Origin: an uncultured Muribaculaceae bacterium
GTDB taxonomy: Bacteria > Bacillota_I > Bacilli_A > RF39 > UBA660
Length of the DNA: 64,000 nucleotides
Assembly (NCBI GenBank): GCA_964397485.1
Contig: CAYNHT010000003.1
Location: 10,529-74,528, forward strand
Direction: 5' to 3'
Positions 46,058 to 57,292 of the stretch are shown here, piece after piece. Below the pieces are notes generated by a model that was not told the DNA's origin, did no database searches, and saw only the letters and a list, made by a program, of their open reading frames with translations. The position numbers were made by a program, and so were the translations under genes. Every line of letters begins with the position of its first letter. Position 1 is the first letter of the stretch.

Positions 46058-48280
46058 ATGAAAAAACAAGAACTTAAGGTTGTTGGGATGACTTGTGCAT
46101 CGTGTGCAAAAGCGATCGAAAGATCAGTCGCAAAAGTAGAAGGGGTAAGTAGTGTTAATGTTAACTTAGTATCTGAAAAGATGTATGTTGAACATAGTGA
46201 TGAAACTACAGTGGAAAACATTAAAAGTGCTGTTTCTAAGGCTGGTTATAAAGTTGTCGATGAAGTAAAAAATAATAATGAGGATCAAAAGGAAAAGGAA
46301 ATAAGCATTTTGAAATTCAAAGTAATAGTTGCTTTACTTTTTGCAATCCCATTATTTTATATAGCTATGGGACCAATGATTGGATTACCGATTTTTGATT
46401 TTGTAAATCCAATGATGTCACCATTAAAATCAGCAATAATTCAACTGCTTTTAACAATTCCAATTATTATTGTTGGACATAAATTTTATACAGTTGGATT
46501 TAAAGCTCTTTTCAATGCAAATCCAAATATGGATTCTTTAGTTGTAATTGGAACTAGTTCGGCTTTTCTTTTTAGTATTTATTCGACTATAAAGATAGCT
46601 GGTGGAAATATGCATTTTGTGGAACTGTTATATTTTGAAATACCAGGTGTAATACTTGCTTTAGTATTATTAGGAAAATATTTAGAAGTTAAATCAAAAG
46701 GAAGAACAAGTGAAGCAATTAAAAAATTAATGGGACTAGCGCCTAAAACAGCACTAGTAATTCGTGAAAATCAAGAAATTGAAGTATTAATAGATGAAGT
46801 GGTTGTAGGTGATATTGTTATCGTAAAACCAGGTGAAAAAATTCCTGTCGATGGGATAATAATTGATGGATATACCGCAATAGATGAATCAATGATAACT
46901 GGTGAAAGTCTTCCGGTTGAAAAGAAAACGGGCGATAAAGTAATTGGTGCTAGTGTTAATAAAACTGGTTCATTTAAATTTAAAGTAACAGATGTTGGAA
47001 ACAATACAGTACTGTCACAAATAATTAAACTAGTTGAAGAAGCTCAGGGGTCTAAAGCTCCAATTGCTAAAATAGTAGATATTGTTTGTCGTTATTTCGT
47101 TCCGGTTGTAATAGCAATCGCAATTATTTCACCAATTATATGGTTATTAGCAGGACAAAGTTTTGAGTTTGCATTAATTATATTTGTGTCAATTTTAGTA
47201 ATAGCTTGTCCATGTGCTTTAGGGATAGCAACCCCAACAGCTATTATGGTTGGAACTGGTAAAGCTGCTGAAAATGGAATTTTATTTAAAAATGCAGAAG
47301 CATTAGAAATTACCCATAAATTAGATACTGTAGTATTTGATAAAACTGGTACTATAACTATGGGACGTCCTGAGGTAACAGACATTGTAACGTATAACAT
47401 AGAATCAGAAAAATTATTACAAATAGCAGCATCAGCTGAAAAAGGATCAGAACATCCCTTGGGTGAGGCAATTGTTAGAAAATTTAAAGAAATCAATCTT
47501 GATTATTTAAAATATTCTAATTTCCAAGCACTACCGGGATTAGGAATAGAAGTTAAAATTGATAATGATGATGTTTTATTAGGTAATATTAAATTAATGA
47601 AGGAAAAAGACGTTAAGTTGTTAGATTCTGAAAATGTTATGGATAAGTTAGCTAATGAAGGTAAAACGCCTATGTTTGTTGCTGTTAATAATACATTAGT
47701 AGGTATTATAGCGGTAGCAGATGTAATAAAAGAAACTAGTAAGAATGCAGTTAAAAAATTAAATGACTTAGGTATTAAAACAATTATGTTAACTGGAGAT
47801 AATAAAAAAACAGCTATGGCTATAGCTAAACAAGTTGGCATAACAGAAGTTATTGCAGAAGTTTTACCAGATGATAAGACTAACAAAATTAAACAATTAC
47901 AAGAACAAGGATTCTTAGTGGCGATGGTAGGAGATGGAATAAATGATGCTCCAGCCTTAACACAAGCAAATGTTGGTATAGCTATTGGTAATGGAACAGA
48001 TATTGCTATGGAATCTGCAAGTGTTGTTCTTATGCATAATGATTTAATAGGAGTATCATCAGCAATAGCTTTAAGTAAGGCAACACTAAAAAATATAAAG
48101 CAAAATTTATTCTGGGCGTTTTTCTATAATATTCTTGGAATACCAGTTGCAGCAGGTGTTATATATGCATTTGGAGGACCGATGTTAAGTCCATTATTGG
48201 CAGCATTAGCAATGTCGCTAAGTTCTGTTTCTGTAGTTACTAATGCTTTACGATTAAATAGATTTAAAATAAATAAGTAA
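46058..48280 (+). CDS. copA: Copper-translocating P1B-type ATPase
   Basis: N-terminal HMA domain ([12 protein letters not shown]), CPC in TM6, DKTGTIT, 'HP' in the N-domain and GDGINDAP. Confidence 0.9.
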   Translation: MKKQELKVVGMTCASCAKAIERSVAKVEGVSSVNVNLVSEKMYVEHSDETTVENIKSAVSKAGYKVVDEVKNNNEDQKEKEISILKFKVIVALLFAIPLFYIAMGPMIGLPIFDFVNPMMSPLKSAIIQLLLTIPIIIVGHKFYTVGFKALFNANPNMDSLVVIGTSSAFLFSIYSTIKIAGGNMHFVELLYFEIPGVILALVLLGKYLEVKSKGRTSEAIKKLMGLAPKTALVIRENQEIEVLIDEVVVGDIVIVKPGEKIPVDGIIIDGYTAIDESMITGESLPVEKKTGDKVIGASVNKTGSFKFKVTDVGNNTVLSQIIKLVEEAQGSKAPIAKIVDIVCRYFVPVVIAIAIISPIIWLLAGQSFEFALIIFVSILVIACPCALGIATPTAIMVGTGKAAENGILFKNAEALEITHKLDTVVFDKTGTITMGRPEVTDIVTYNIESEKLLQIAASAEKGSEHPLGEAIVRKFKEINLDYLKYSNFQALPGLGIEVKIDNDDVLLGNIKLMKEKDVKLLDSENVMDKLANEGKTPMFVAVNNTLVGIIAVADVIKETSKNAVKKLNDLGIKTIMLTGDNKKTAMAIAKQVGITEVIAEVLPDDKTNKIKQLQEQGFLVAMVGDGINDAPALTQANVGIAIGNGTDIAMESASVVLMHNDLIGVSSAIALSKATLKNIKQNLFWAFFYNILGIPVAAGVIYAFGGPMLSPLLAALAMSLSSVSVVTNALRLNRFKINK

Positions 48281-48300
48281 TAGATTCAGGAGGTATTTTT

Positions 48301-48798
48301 ATGTCTGGAAAAAAGATTATCATTATAATAGGTGTTGTTACGGTAGGATTTTTATTAATACTACTCTCTAAACAAGGCAGTAATGCTTCTAATGATTTAA
48401 ATGATAATATAAATAAACCTAATACAAAAGAGGAAATGAGTTATGATGAGGTAAAAATTAGAAAAAGTGATATTACTAGTCAAGCTAGATTTTATCCTGT
48501 AACTATAGATGGTGTTGAAATGGAAGTTATTGCAGTTAGAGCAAGCGATGACACTATTAGAACAGCATTTAATGCATGCCAAGTGTGTGCTGATTCTGGT
48601 CGTGGATACTATATTCAACAAGGTCGAAAATTAGTTTGTCAAAACTGTGGAAACCAGTTTGACATCGATGAAATAGAAATTGTTAGGGGTGGATGTAATC
48701 CAGCTCCAATAACAAGAGATGAAAAAATTGATGATGGTGAATTTATTATAATACCATCTGATACTTTAAAAGCAAACGAGTATTTATTTAACTATTAA
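48301..48798 (+). CDS. Membrane-anchored Cys-x2-Cys x2 protein (DUF2318-like), metal-cluster associated
   Basis: N-terminal TM, then CQVC...CQNC. A family frequently adjacent to metal transporters. Confidence 0.4.
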   Translation: MSGKKIIIIIGVVTVGFLLILLSKQGSNASNDLNDNINKPNTKEEMSYDEVKIRKSDITSQARFYPVTIDGVEMEVIAVRASDDTIRTAFNACQVCADSGRGYYIQQGRKLVCQNCGNQFDIDEIEIVRGGCNPAPITRDEKIDDGEFIIIPSDTLKANEYLFNY

Positions 48799-48828
48799 TT
48801 CTCGTCTATAATGTAAGGAAGTGATAAA

Positions 48829-50154
48829 ATGAGAAAGATTACTGAAGAAAAATTAAATATTGATGGTATGTCTTGTCATAGTTGTGAGAAAGTTTTGAAA
48901 AGTAGTATCAAAAATTTAGATGGAATAACAAAAGTAAGTGCTAGTTTTAACGATAAAACGGTAACTGTTAAATATGATGAACAAAAAGTCTCGCGAGATG
49001 ACATAATAGCTGTAATTGAAAAAGAAGGATATACTTTAAAAAATAATTCAAGTAATAATTTTGTAATAATAAGTATTATAGCGATTCTCATTTTATACTT
49101 AGCATTAAAAGATACAAATATATTCAATTTCATACCTGAGGTAGATCAAAGTATGAATTATGGTATATTGTTTGTAGTCGGATTACTTACATCACTACAT
49201 TGTATTGCTATGTGTGGTGGAATAAATATGAGTGTTTCAATTAATCATCAATTAAAAAATAAAGATAAAAGCAAAAAAAATACTATTATTCCGGGTATGT
49301 TATATAATCTAGGAAGAGTAACCTCATATACAATAATTGGTGGTATAGTCGGGTTAATTGGTAGTGTTATTAGTTTTTCACCAGATGCTAAAAACTTAGT
49401 ATCAGTAGTTGTTGGGCTCTTCATGATTGGGTTAGGTATTAATATGACAGGAATTATAAAAAATAAGAAATTATTTAATTTTCCAATTCCTAAATTTATT
49501 ACCTCATTTCTAATCAAGCAAAAAAGGAGAGTTTCATCACCTTATACAATTGGATTAATAAATGGTTTTATGCCATGTGGCCCATTACAATCAATGCAAG
49601 TTTATGCATTGGGGACTGGTTCATTTTTCTACGGAGCTATTTCGATGTTCTTCTTTGCGCTAGGAACAGTTCCTTTAATGATAATAGTAAGTTTAATGAG
49701 TAGTTTTCTATCTGCAAAAATGAGTGTAACCTTAAAAAAAATAAGTGCAGTTTTTATTATTTTCCTAGGATTAATTATGCTTAATAGAGGAATTGATTTT
49801 AACACACTTATTCCAAAAAACGAACCAACTATACCCAAAAGTGCAATTACTGCTGAAATAAAAGATGGTTATCAAGAAGTAACAACTAGATTTTATAGGG
49901 GGCAATATGTACCTATCGTAGTTCAAAAAGGGATTCCAGTTAGATGGACAATTGTAATCAATGGTGGTGATTTAAACGGATGTAATAATAAAATTTACAT
50001 TGCTAAATATAATCTTACTGTTCCTTTAGACTTTGGGGAAAATATTGTTGAGTTTACTCCGGATGAAAGTGGAGCATTTAGATATACTTGTTGGATGAAT
50101 ATGCTTAGAAGTACTATCTATGTTGTTGATAGTCTTGAAATAAATAATGAATAA
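48829..50154 (+). CDS. HMA-domain (CopZ-like) fused to a TauE/SafE-type permease and a C-terminal cupredoxin-like domain
   Basis: Heavy-metal-associated 'GMSCHSCE' N-domain, ~7 TMs with Gly-rich helices, and a C-terminal soluble domain with Cys/Met (YTCWMNM). Confidence 0.5.
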   Translation: MRKITEEKLNIDGMSCHSCEKVLKSSIKNLDGITKVSASFNDKTVTVKYDEQKVSRDDIIAVIEKEGYTLKNNSSNNFVIISIIAILILYLALKDTNIFNFIPEVDQSMNYGILFVVGLLTSLHCIAMCGGINMSVSINHQLKNKDKSKKNTIIPGMLYNLGRVTSYTIIGGIVGLIGSVISFSPDAKNLVSVVVGLFMIGLGINMTGIIKNKKLFNFPIPKFITSFLIKQKRRVSSPYTIGLINGFMPCGPLQSMQVYALGTGSFFYGAISMFFFALGTVPLMIIVSLMSSFLSAKMSVTLKKISAVFIIFLGLIMLNRGIDFNTLIPKNEPTIPKSAITAEIKDGYQEVTTRFYRGQYVPIVVQKGIPVRWTIVINGGDLNGCNNKIYIAKYNLTVPLDFGENIVEFTPDESGAFRYTCWMNMLRSTIYVVDSLEINNE

Positions 50155-50219
50155 TTATATAATTATGTTAGTGATATTATGAAGGGCGGTTATAGGTATG
50201 ATTAAATTTAAAATATGGT

Positions 50220-50921
50220 GTGTTAATAATGCGCAACTATAGGGTTTTAGTGGTAGATGATGAAACTAGTATTGTAGATGTAATTAAATCATACCTAGAA
50301 CTTAATAACTATGAAGTTAAATGCGCCTATAATGGTAATGAAGCATTAGAATTATATAAGAAATTCAATCCTGACATAATGATATTAGATTTGATGTTGC
50401 CAGATATTTCTGGTGAACAAATATGTAAACAAGTGAGATTAGAAAGCCGTATACCAATTATTATATTGAGTGCTAAAACGGGAGAAGAAAGTATTATAAA
50501 TGGGCTTGATATTGGGGCTGATGACTATGTTATCAAGCCTTTTAGTCCTAAAGAAATAGTTGCTAGGGTTAATGCTAAATTACGACGTAACAGTGGTGAG
50601 ATTATCCCCTTGAGTAATAAAATAACTTTGAATAATGGAACAATCATTATTGATAACCTAAAGCACGAAATTATGAAAGATAATAAATTAATTAAGTTAA
50701 CACCTAATGAATATAAGATTTTTATGACTTTACTTTCTTATCCCAATAAGACATTTAAAAGAGATGAATTAATAGAGGTAGCATTCTCAAATAATTATGA
50801 AGGGTTTGATCGTACAATTGACTATTATATCAAAAATATAAGAAAAAAAATAAGTAATAATATTATTGTTACAGTTCATGGAATTGGCTATAAAATAGGT
50901 GGTGATAGGAATGAAGAATAA
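50220..50921 (+). CDS. OmpR-family response regulator
   Basis: Receiver domain (VLVVDDE...D54-like 'ILDLMLPD'...K) plus a winged-helix output domain (...YIKNIRKKI...GIGYK). Confidence 0.85.
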   Translation: MLIMRNYRVLVVDDETSIVDVIKSYLELNNYEVKCAYNGNEALELYKKFNPDIMILDLMLPDISGEQICKQVRLESRIPIIILSAKTGEESIINGLDIGADDYVIKPFSPKEIVARVNAKLRRNSGEIIPLSNKITLNNGTIIIDNLKHEIMKDNKLIKLTPNEYKIFMTLLSYPNKTFKRDELIEVAFSNNYEGFDRTIDYYIKNIRKKISNNIIVTVHGIGYKIGGDRNEE

Positions 50922-52302
50922 ATTAAACGTTAAGTTAGTTGGTTCTTATCTGTTGCTCTCTTTTATAGTTGTTTTTTCATTAGCACTAGTTATAAATATT
51001 TCATTTGGAGTTCAGTTTAAACAGTATGTAATGAACATTCAACAAGAAAAAAATCAAAAGATAGTTTCTAGTATTATTACCGAATATGAAAAGGCAAGTC
51101 AAAACATCGATTATGATACAATTGATTTAATTGGAATGAATGCATTAGAGGAAGGATTAATTGTTAAAATAATTGATAATAATAATAATGTTTTATGGGA
51201 TGCAATGGAACATAATAGTGGTATGTGTGTGGAAATGTTATCAAGAATGGCAGAAAACATGAAAAAAATTTATCCTAATTTCAAAGGGAATCATGTTGAA
51301 GATGAATATTTACTTGAGAAAAATGGGGTTCTTTATGGGAAAGCAACGATTGGATATTATGGGCCTTATTACTATAACGAGAATGATATAGCATTCTTAC
51401 AAACATTTAATAATATGTTATTAATAGTTGTTGTTTTGGCCATTTTTCTATCTTTAATATTTGGGATATTAGTGGCTAGAAAAATAACTTCTAATATTAC
51501 TAAAGTAGTAGATGTTACTAAAAATATAGTTGATGGTAACTACAATCTAAAAATAGTTGATGATACTAAGATTACTGAAATTAGTGATTTGATTTCATCT
51601 ATAAATTTTTTAGCACAGACTTTAAATAAACAAACTGTTCTTAGAAAAAAATTAACCGTTGATATAGCCCATGAATTAAGAACACCGATAGCTGTTTTGA
51701 AGAGTCATTTAGAAGCATTAAAAGATGGAGTTTGGGAAGTTGATCAAAAACGAATAATAAGTCTTCATGATGAGGTTACTAGATTAAGTAAATTAATAAA
51801 TGGTATTGATAAATTAAATGATTATGACAGCAATCTTTCTACATTAAATAAATCAAAATTTGATTTGCGTGAACTAATTGATCATTTAGTTGTTAATTTT
51901 GATAAAGAATTAAAAGATAAAAACATTAAATTACAAGTTATTGGTAATAATATTACTATAAATGCTGATCAAGATAAGATAACAAGTGTCTTAGTAAACC
52001 TGATATCTAATGCAATTAAATATACTGATAAGGCTGGTAATATTAAAATAAGTATTAAAGGTGATAAAAAGAATGTTGTAATTGAAGTAAGCGATGATGG
52101 AATAGGAATAGAAAAAGAACATCTCCCTTATATATTTGAACGTTTTTACCGAGTGGATAATTCTAGATCTAGAATTACAGGAGGAACAGGAATAGGCCTT
52201 TCTATTGCGAAATCTATTGTCGAAAACCATAAAGGAAGCATTATGGTAAGAAGTAAAGTAAATAACGGATCTACGTTCATTGTAACGATTCCTAAAAAAT
52301 AA
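50899..52302 (+). CDS. Sensor histidine kinase (2 TM, HAMP, HisKA, HATPase)
   Basis: H-box 'IAHELRTPIA', N-box 'NLISNAIKYT' and G-boxes 'DDGIGI'/'GGTGIGL'. Overlaps the response regulator's stop. Confidence 0.85.
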   Translation: MVIGMKNKLNVKLVGSYLLLSFIVVFSLALVINISFGVQFKQYVMNIQQEKNQKIVSSIITEYEKASQNIDYDTIDLIGMNALEEGLIVKIIDNNNNVLWDAMEHNSGMCVEMLSRMAENMKKIYPNFKGNHVEDEYLLEKNGVLYGKATIGYYGPYYYNENDIAFLQTFNNMLLIVVVLAIFLSLIFGILVARKITSNITKVVDVTKNIVDGNYNLKIVDDTKITEISDLISSINFLAQTLNKQTVLRKKLTVDIAHELRTPIAVLKSHLEALKDGVWEVDQKRIISLHDEVTRLSKLINGIDKLNDYDSNLSTLNKSKFDLRELIDHLVVNFDKELKDKNIKLQVIGNNITINADQDKITSVLVNLISNAIKYTDKAGNIKISIKGDKKNVVIEVSDDGIGIEKEHLPYIFERFYRVDNSRSRITGGTGIGLSIAKSIVENHKGSIMVRSKVNNGSTFIVTIPKK

Positions 52303-52389
52303 AATCTCTTACCAATCTATTTTGACAAAAAAATAATATGATGATATAATTATAAGGCTTAAAAAACGGAATATAGTAAGGTGGTATAA

Positions 52390-52971
52390 ATGAAGATTAA
52401 CAACGTTGAATTAATTATAAGTGCGGTTAGACGTAGTCAATATCCAACGGATGAAAAACCGGAAATTTTGTTAGTGGGTCGTTCAAATGTTGGAAAAAGC
52501 AGTTTTATTAATACAGTAATTAACCGTAAAAATTATGCCCGTACATCTTCTAACCCTGGTAAAACACAGACAATAAATTTTTATTTAGTAAATGAAAGTT
52601 TTTATTTAGTGGATGCACCAGGATATGGATATGCTAATTTAGCTAAAAAAAAGAAGAAAAAATTTGGATTAATGATGGAAGATTATTTGGTTAGTCGTAA
52701 CAATTTAAAACAAGTTTTTATGTTAATTGATTTTAGACATAAACCTAGTAGTGATGATATAATGATGTATAATTTTTTGAAACATTATAAGATTCCTGTT
52801 ACAATTGTAGCCACAAAGGCGGATAAAGTGGGAATCACTTTACATCAGAAACAAAGAAATTTAATTTTAAATGAACTAGATTTAGTTGTTGGAGATGATT
52901 TTATTGTGTTTTCAAATGTAACAAAAGTTGGCCGTGAGGAAATTCATTCTAAAATTGAGAGAACAATTTAA
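52390..52971 (+). CDS. engB: Ribosome biogenesis GTPase EngB/YsxC
   Basis: G1 'GRSNVGKSS', G3 'DAPGYG' and G4 'TKADK', ~190 aa. Confidence 0.85.
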   Translation: MKINNVELIISAVRRSQYPTDEKPEILLVGRSNVGKSSFINTVINRKNYARTSSNPGKTQTINFYLVNESFYLVDAPGYGYANLAKKKKKKFGLMMEDYLVSRNNLKQVFMLIDFRHKPSSDDIMMYNFLKHYKIPVTIVATKADKVGITLHQKQRNLILNELDLVVGDDFIVFSNVTKVGREEIHSKIERTI

Positions 52972-53020
52972 AATGTATCCCATTATCTTCTTTAACTCAT
53001 AGAATATCTTAGGTGATATT

Positions 53021-53515
53021 ATGAAAGTTAATGTTCAAGATGAAGATAATATTATGCTGTATATAAATAACCTTTACGTAGATAAGGTTATTTTCGATGA
53101 TAAGAACGAATTAGAAAGATATTTTAAACAATTGTTTGGAAGACTAAAAAAATTCTACAAAATTAATATTAAAGGATACTATAATATTAATGTACATACT
53201 GATAGTTTTTATGGAATTATAATTAGTATGCAAAGGGAAAATATTGATTATTGTGACTATTTTGGAAATCAAGTTGATATGCGTATAACGGTTGAGAAAA
53301 ATAATTGTTTTCTTTATAAAATTAATGATATCTTTATGATTAATAAAAAAATCTTAGATAAAATTAATATATTAAAATATAAAAATAATTTTTATATCAA
53401 GGTTTTAAAAAAACTTGATGATATAGAATTTGCTAGTATTATTGAAAATAGTATTATTATATACGATAATGAGGTAAATAATATTATTTTAAATGGGAAA
53501 TTAGTAGTTATGTAA
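53021..53515 (+). CDS. Hypothetical protein (164 aa)
   Basis: ORF only. Very AT-rich and low complexity. Confidence 0.3.
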   Translation: MKVNVQDEDNIMLYINNLYVDKVIFDDKNELERYFKQLFGRLKKFYKINIKGYYNINVHTDSFYGIIISMQRENIDYCDYFGNQVDMRITVEKNNCFLYKINDIFMINKKILDKINILKYKNNFYIKVLKKLDDIEFASIIENSIIIYDNEVNNIILNGKLVVM

Positions 53516-53623
53516 ATGTATTTGTAAAAATACATTTTTTTATTTCTTTAGTAATAGGGAATATTGCTTTATGTAATAATAATTGTTATAATAGTAATAT
53601 AAAAATATTAATGGGGGATAGAT

Positions 53624-54133
53624 ATGTATCAAAGTGAAATAAGTAATATTTTAGAAGCTAGTATTAATGAAATGATTTGGCAAATATTAAGAGATAATCA
53701 AAACAAATTCAATCAAACCTTTTATAATACTAAACAACGACCAGATGCAAAAGATTTCGTTAAAAATATTAGAATTACAATAATGGGGAATTTCGGATTA
53801 ATAAGAGAGTTTCTTCTAAAACAAGATAAAGGTGTAAAAGATATGGAAACATTTGAAGTGATTTGCTCCATGTTGAAAATAGCAGATCCTAAGATTAAAT
53901 TAGAACTACAATATGCTAAAACAGATAGTTGGTTCAAAGGTCTTCTTGCGGTTGAGGGGAGCATAAAAAAGAAATTAATTGGTTATGAAAAATATTTTGA
54001 AAGTGTTCCTTTATCTGATGTGGCTAATTATATTGCTAAAGAAGAAGAAATGAAAAAACAACTGTTAGATGAATTGTATATCAAGTATGGAATTAGCTTG
54101 CAGTTTGATACCAATAAAAGATCAATGAAATAA
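53624..54133 (+). CDS. Hypothetical protein (169 aa)
   Basis: ORF with a Shine-Dalgarno sequence (GGGGGA). No motifs. Confidence 0.35.
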   Translation: MYQSEISNILEASINEMIWQILRDNQNKFNQTFYNTKQRPDAKDFVKNIRITIMGNFGLIREFLLKQDKGVKDMETFEVICSMLKIADPKIKLELQYAKTDSWFKGLLAVEGSIKKKLIGYEKYFESVPLSDVANYIAKEEEMKKQLLDELYIKYGISLQFDTNKRSMK

Positions 54134-54251
54134 AATTATTAATTTAAATGATAAAACGCTCATATTTATTTTATTATTATAAATAATAAGTATAAGAGCG
54201 CTTTTTTGTTTAGGTTTAATGGATTTGTGATATAATATTTAAGAAAAAGAG

Positions 54252-55577
54252 GTGGATATTATGAAAAAACCAGTTGTAGCCTTAGTAGGAAGACCAAATG
54301 TGGGTAAATCAACTATTTTCAATAAATTAGTAGGTAAAAAAATATCAATCATAGAAGATACTCCAGGCATAACTAGAGATCGTATTTATGGTAATGTAAC
54401 TTTTAATGATTATAAATTTCATTTAATTGATACAGGTGGTATTGACATAAGCGAAGAAATTTTTAATAGTGTTATTAAAGTTCAAGCGGAAATAGCTATC
54501 GATGAGGCTGATGTTGTTTTATTTGTTGTTGATGGAAAAGAAGGATTGACGGCAAATGATTTTGTTGTAAGAGATATGCTTATGAAAGCTAACAAAGATG
54601 TTATTGTAGTTATAAATAAAATTGATAGTAAAATCTCAAAAGAAAATATATATGATTTTTATGAATTGGGTTTTGACAAATATCTAAATGTTAGCGGTGA
54701 ACAAAATATTGGGATTACCGATTTATTAGAAGAAATAACTTCTGATTTTAAACGTTTCGAACAAGAAGAATATGATGAAGGTATTGTTAAGTTTTCTATT
54801 ATAGGAAGACCAAATGTTGGAAAAAGTAGTTTAGTAAATGCTATATTAAATGAAGAGCGAGTAATTGTCAGTAATGAGGCGGGAACTACACGTGATGCAA
54901 TTGACACTCCGTTTACATACCATGGACAAGAATTTATTGTGATTGATACAGCGGGAATGCGTAAAAAAGGAAGAATATATGAAAATGTTGAAAGATATAG
55001 TCTGCTTAGAGCTTTAAAGGCAATTGATCGTTCAGACGTTTGTGTCATAACAATCAATGCCGAAGAAGGAATTATCGAGCATGATAAACATATTGCAGGT
55101 TATGCATTAGAAGCTGGTAAAGCAGTTGTCATTGTTGTAAACAAATGGGATGTTGTTGACGAAAAGGATACAGCTATGAAAAGATTTACAAAAGAAATTC
55201 GCAACAATTTTCAGTTTATGCCTTATGCTCCAATTGTGTATCTATCAGCATTAACTAAAAAAAGAATTCATACTTTAATGCCGGAAATTATTAAAGCTTA
55301 TAGTAATAGTAAAAAAGAAATTAAGACTAGTTTATTAAACGATATAATTAGAGACGCATATGCACTTAATCTTCCGCCAACTTATAAGGGAAAAAGATTA
55401 AAAATATATTTCTGTAATCAAGTATCAGTTAGTCCGCCAACGTTCAATATTCAAGTTAACAGCAAAGGATTAATTCATTTTTCATATGAACGTTATATAG
55501 AAAATAAAATAAGAGAGTCATTTGATTTTGAAGGAACACCAATTGTGCTTCAATTTAAAAACAAAGGTGAGCAATAA
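54252..55577 (+). CDS. der: GTPase Der (EngA), tandem GTPase domains + KH-like domain
   Basis: Two G-domains (GRPNVGKST...DTGG...NKID and GRPNVGKSS...DTAG...NKWD) plus a C-terminal KH-like domain. Confidence 0.9.
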   Translation: MDIMKKPVVALVGRPNVGKSTIFNKLVGKKISIIEDTPGITRDRIYGNVTFNDYKFHLIDTGGIDISEEIFNSVIKVQAEIAIDEADVVLFVVDGKEGLTANDFVVRDMLMKANKDVIVVINKIDSKISKENIYDFYELGFDKYLNVSGEQNIGITDLLEEITSDFKRFEQEEYDEGIVKFSIIGRPNVGKSSLVNAILNEERVIVSNEAGTTRDAIDTPFTYHGQEFIVIDTAGMRKKGRIYENVERYSLLRALKAIDRSDVCVITINAEEGIIEHDKHIAGYALEAGKAVVIVVNKWDVVDEKDTAMKRFTKEIRNNFQFMPYAPIVYLSALTKKRIHTLMPEIIKAYSNSKKEIKTSLLNDIIRDAYALNLPPTYKGKRLKIYFCNQVSVSPPTFNIQVNSKGLIHFSYERYIENKIRESFDFEGTPIVLQFKNKGEQ

Positions 55578-55628
55578 TAATAACCCTAAAATCCCTTTTA
55601 CATATACTAAATGTAGGAGGGATTTTTT

Positions 55629-55874
55629 ATGTTAAATTTTTCAGATAATTTTTTTAATAAAATAGAAAATAAAACGAAGGTCGGAAAAGATACAATACTT
55701 AGTTTAGCTAATAAACTTCAAAAGTCAGATATGAAAAATGAGAGCACTTTACGTGAAATCATTCAAGAGTTAGGCAAGATGACGGGGAAAGAAGTTCCTA
55801 AAGATAAAGAAGATAAAATTGTTGAAGCTGTTGTAAATGATAAAGTTCCAAAAGATTTAAATAAGTTTATTTAA
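55629..55874 (+). CDS. Small hypothetical protein (81 aa)
   Basis: ORF preceded by a Shine-Dalgarno sequence (AGGAGGG). Confidence 0.35.
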   Translation: MLNFSDNFFNKIENKTKVGKDTILSLANKLQKSDMKNESTLREIIQELGKMTGKEVPKDKEDKIVEAVVNDKVPKDLNKFI

Positions 55875-55922
55875 ATATAGATATAAGTTATTATATTACA
55901 CCCTAAAATGAATAGTAAAAAC

Positions 55923-55957
55923 AAAAAAATGAATTTAAATAAATTCATCTTTTTTTA
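55923..55957. terminator. Bidirectional terminator (A7-ATGAATTT-aaat-AAATTCAT-T7) between convergent genes
   Basis: Perfect 8-bp stem flanked by A- and T-runs. Confidence 0.6.
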
Positions 55958-57031
55958 GTGTATTATTTTTTTCTTCTTTTTTAGACTTCTTTCAGCACCA
56001 ATCCATAAAATTAAAGGAATAATTATTTGGAAAGGTACTGCATAAATTGAATACACTGGCAAAAATTCAAACATTTGTTGTATGTTGTCATATAAAATAG
56101 TACATAGCGCTAGAATAATAAGAGCAACACTTACAATAATTGAATTATAATTTTTTATTGAAAATAATTTAGATATTCCCTTTGATGCCGCAATCAAGCA
56201 TACTGTTATTTTTGTTATACCAGCAAGGATAAAATTAATCGTAATTGATCCCTCAATTCTTGTTAAGAAATCGCTAATACTTATTAACCTAGTTGTGGTA
56301 TATGAAGGAAAGTAAGATGCTTGTGACATGGGAACTCCTAATACAGTTATATTTCGCATTATTATAATCATAAAAATAATTCCTGCAATTAAAATGGCGT
56401 ATAAATAAATTTTATAAGGACTATCTTTTTTTCTTATGGATGATGCTATTGTCATAAATAAGATTGTTTCAGCAAACGGAAAACTAAATATATGATAACC
56501 CGAAGTAAGCACATCTCCTATTTGATGTTCACTGATTGGAAGAAGATTATCAAAGCTCATATTACCTATCGAAGCTAGTACTGTAAATATGACTACGGCT
56601 ATTACTATTACAAAGATAATAATAGACCATCTTCCTAAAACCTCAACACCACTTTTAGCTAAATAGATTACTACTAAAAGCATAGTAATCATAATTATTA
56701 ACTGCGGTGTTTCAGTTAGTGTGGCGATCTGTATGAACTCTGAAAAATTTCTTAAAACAAGTGCACCTAAATGAATTGCATACCAGGTTATGAGGATAAT
56801 AATAATTTTCCCGAAAATTCTTCCAAACAATTCTTCAGAAACATCATATATGTCTTTACCCGGGAAAATTTTTATAATTCTAGCATATATCAAGGCAAAG
56901 GGAATAAAAAGAGCGATAGAAACTCCAATGGCTATCCATACATCTTGTCCTAATTCGGAGTTAACCCCCATTACAACACTACTACCAAATAAAAACATAA
57001 TTATGATAGCAATAGCTTGTTTCGAAGACAT
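55955..57031 (-). CDS. Spore germination protein, GerAB/amino-acid-permease-like subunit
   Basis: ~10 TM, 358 aa. Third gene of a gerA-type tricistronic operon. Confidence 0.7.
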   Translation of the reverse strand: MSSKQAIAIIIMFLFGSSVVMGVNSELGQDVWIAIGVSIALFIPFALIYARIIKIFPGKDIYDVSEELFGRIFGKIIIILITWYAIHLGALVLRNFSEFIQIATLTETPQLIIMITMLLVVIYLAKSGVEVLGRWSIIIFVIVIAVVIFTVLASIGNMSFDNLLPISEHQIGDVLTSGYHIFSFPFAETILFMTIASSIRKKDSPYKIYLYAILIAGIIFMIIIMRNITVLGVPMSQASYFPSYTTTRLISISDFLTRIEGSITINFILAGITKITVCLIAASKGISKLFSIKNYNSIIVSVALIILALCTILYDNIQQMFEFLPVYSIYAVPFQIIIPLILWIGAERSLKKKKKIIH

Positions 57032-57063
57032 GATTTCTTTTTGAATAATTTATCCCCACCTTT

Positions 57064-57276
57064 CTATTTTAAGAATATTTTTTCAATAACGTTTTTTATT
57101 ATGGGAGATGGCCCTGGAACTTTTACTCCTATAGATATTAGAAAAAGAATACTAAAACTAATTAGATACGCACACAAATAGACATAAGTTGCGGTTTTAT
57201 TTCCCTTTTTAGATAAGGGAATGAAATCTATGATAAAAATTACAATGAACAAAAGTAGTACAATGGCTATTTCCAA
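57064..57276 (-). CDS. Small two-TM membrane protein inside the ger operon
   Basis: 70 aa, hydrophobic. Lies between the C and B subunit genes (GerD/GerKD-like small subunit candidate). Confidence 0.35.
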   Translation of the reverse strand: MEIAIVLLLFIVIFIIDFIPLSKKGNKTATYVYLCAYLISFSILFLISIGVKVPGPSPIIKNVIEKIFLK

Positions 57277-57292
57277 CTGGCTTCATCCTTCC

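Noticed and set aside
52640-52670. Poly-A run (AAAAAAAAGAAGAAAAAA) inside engB as a possible slippery site
   Set aside because: It encodes an in-frame lysine stretch (KKKKKF) within a conserved GTPase with an intact downstream frame. There is no evidence of frameshifting.
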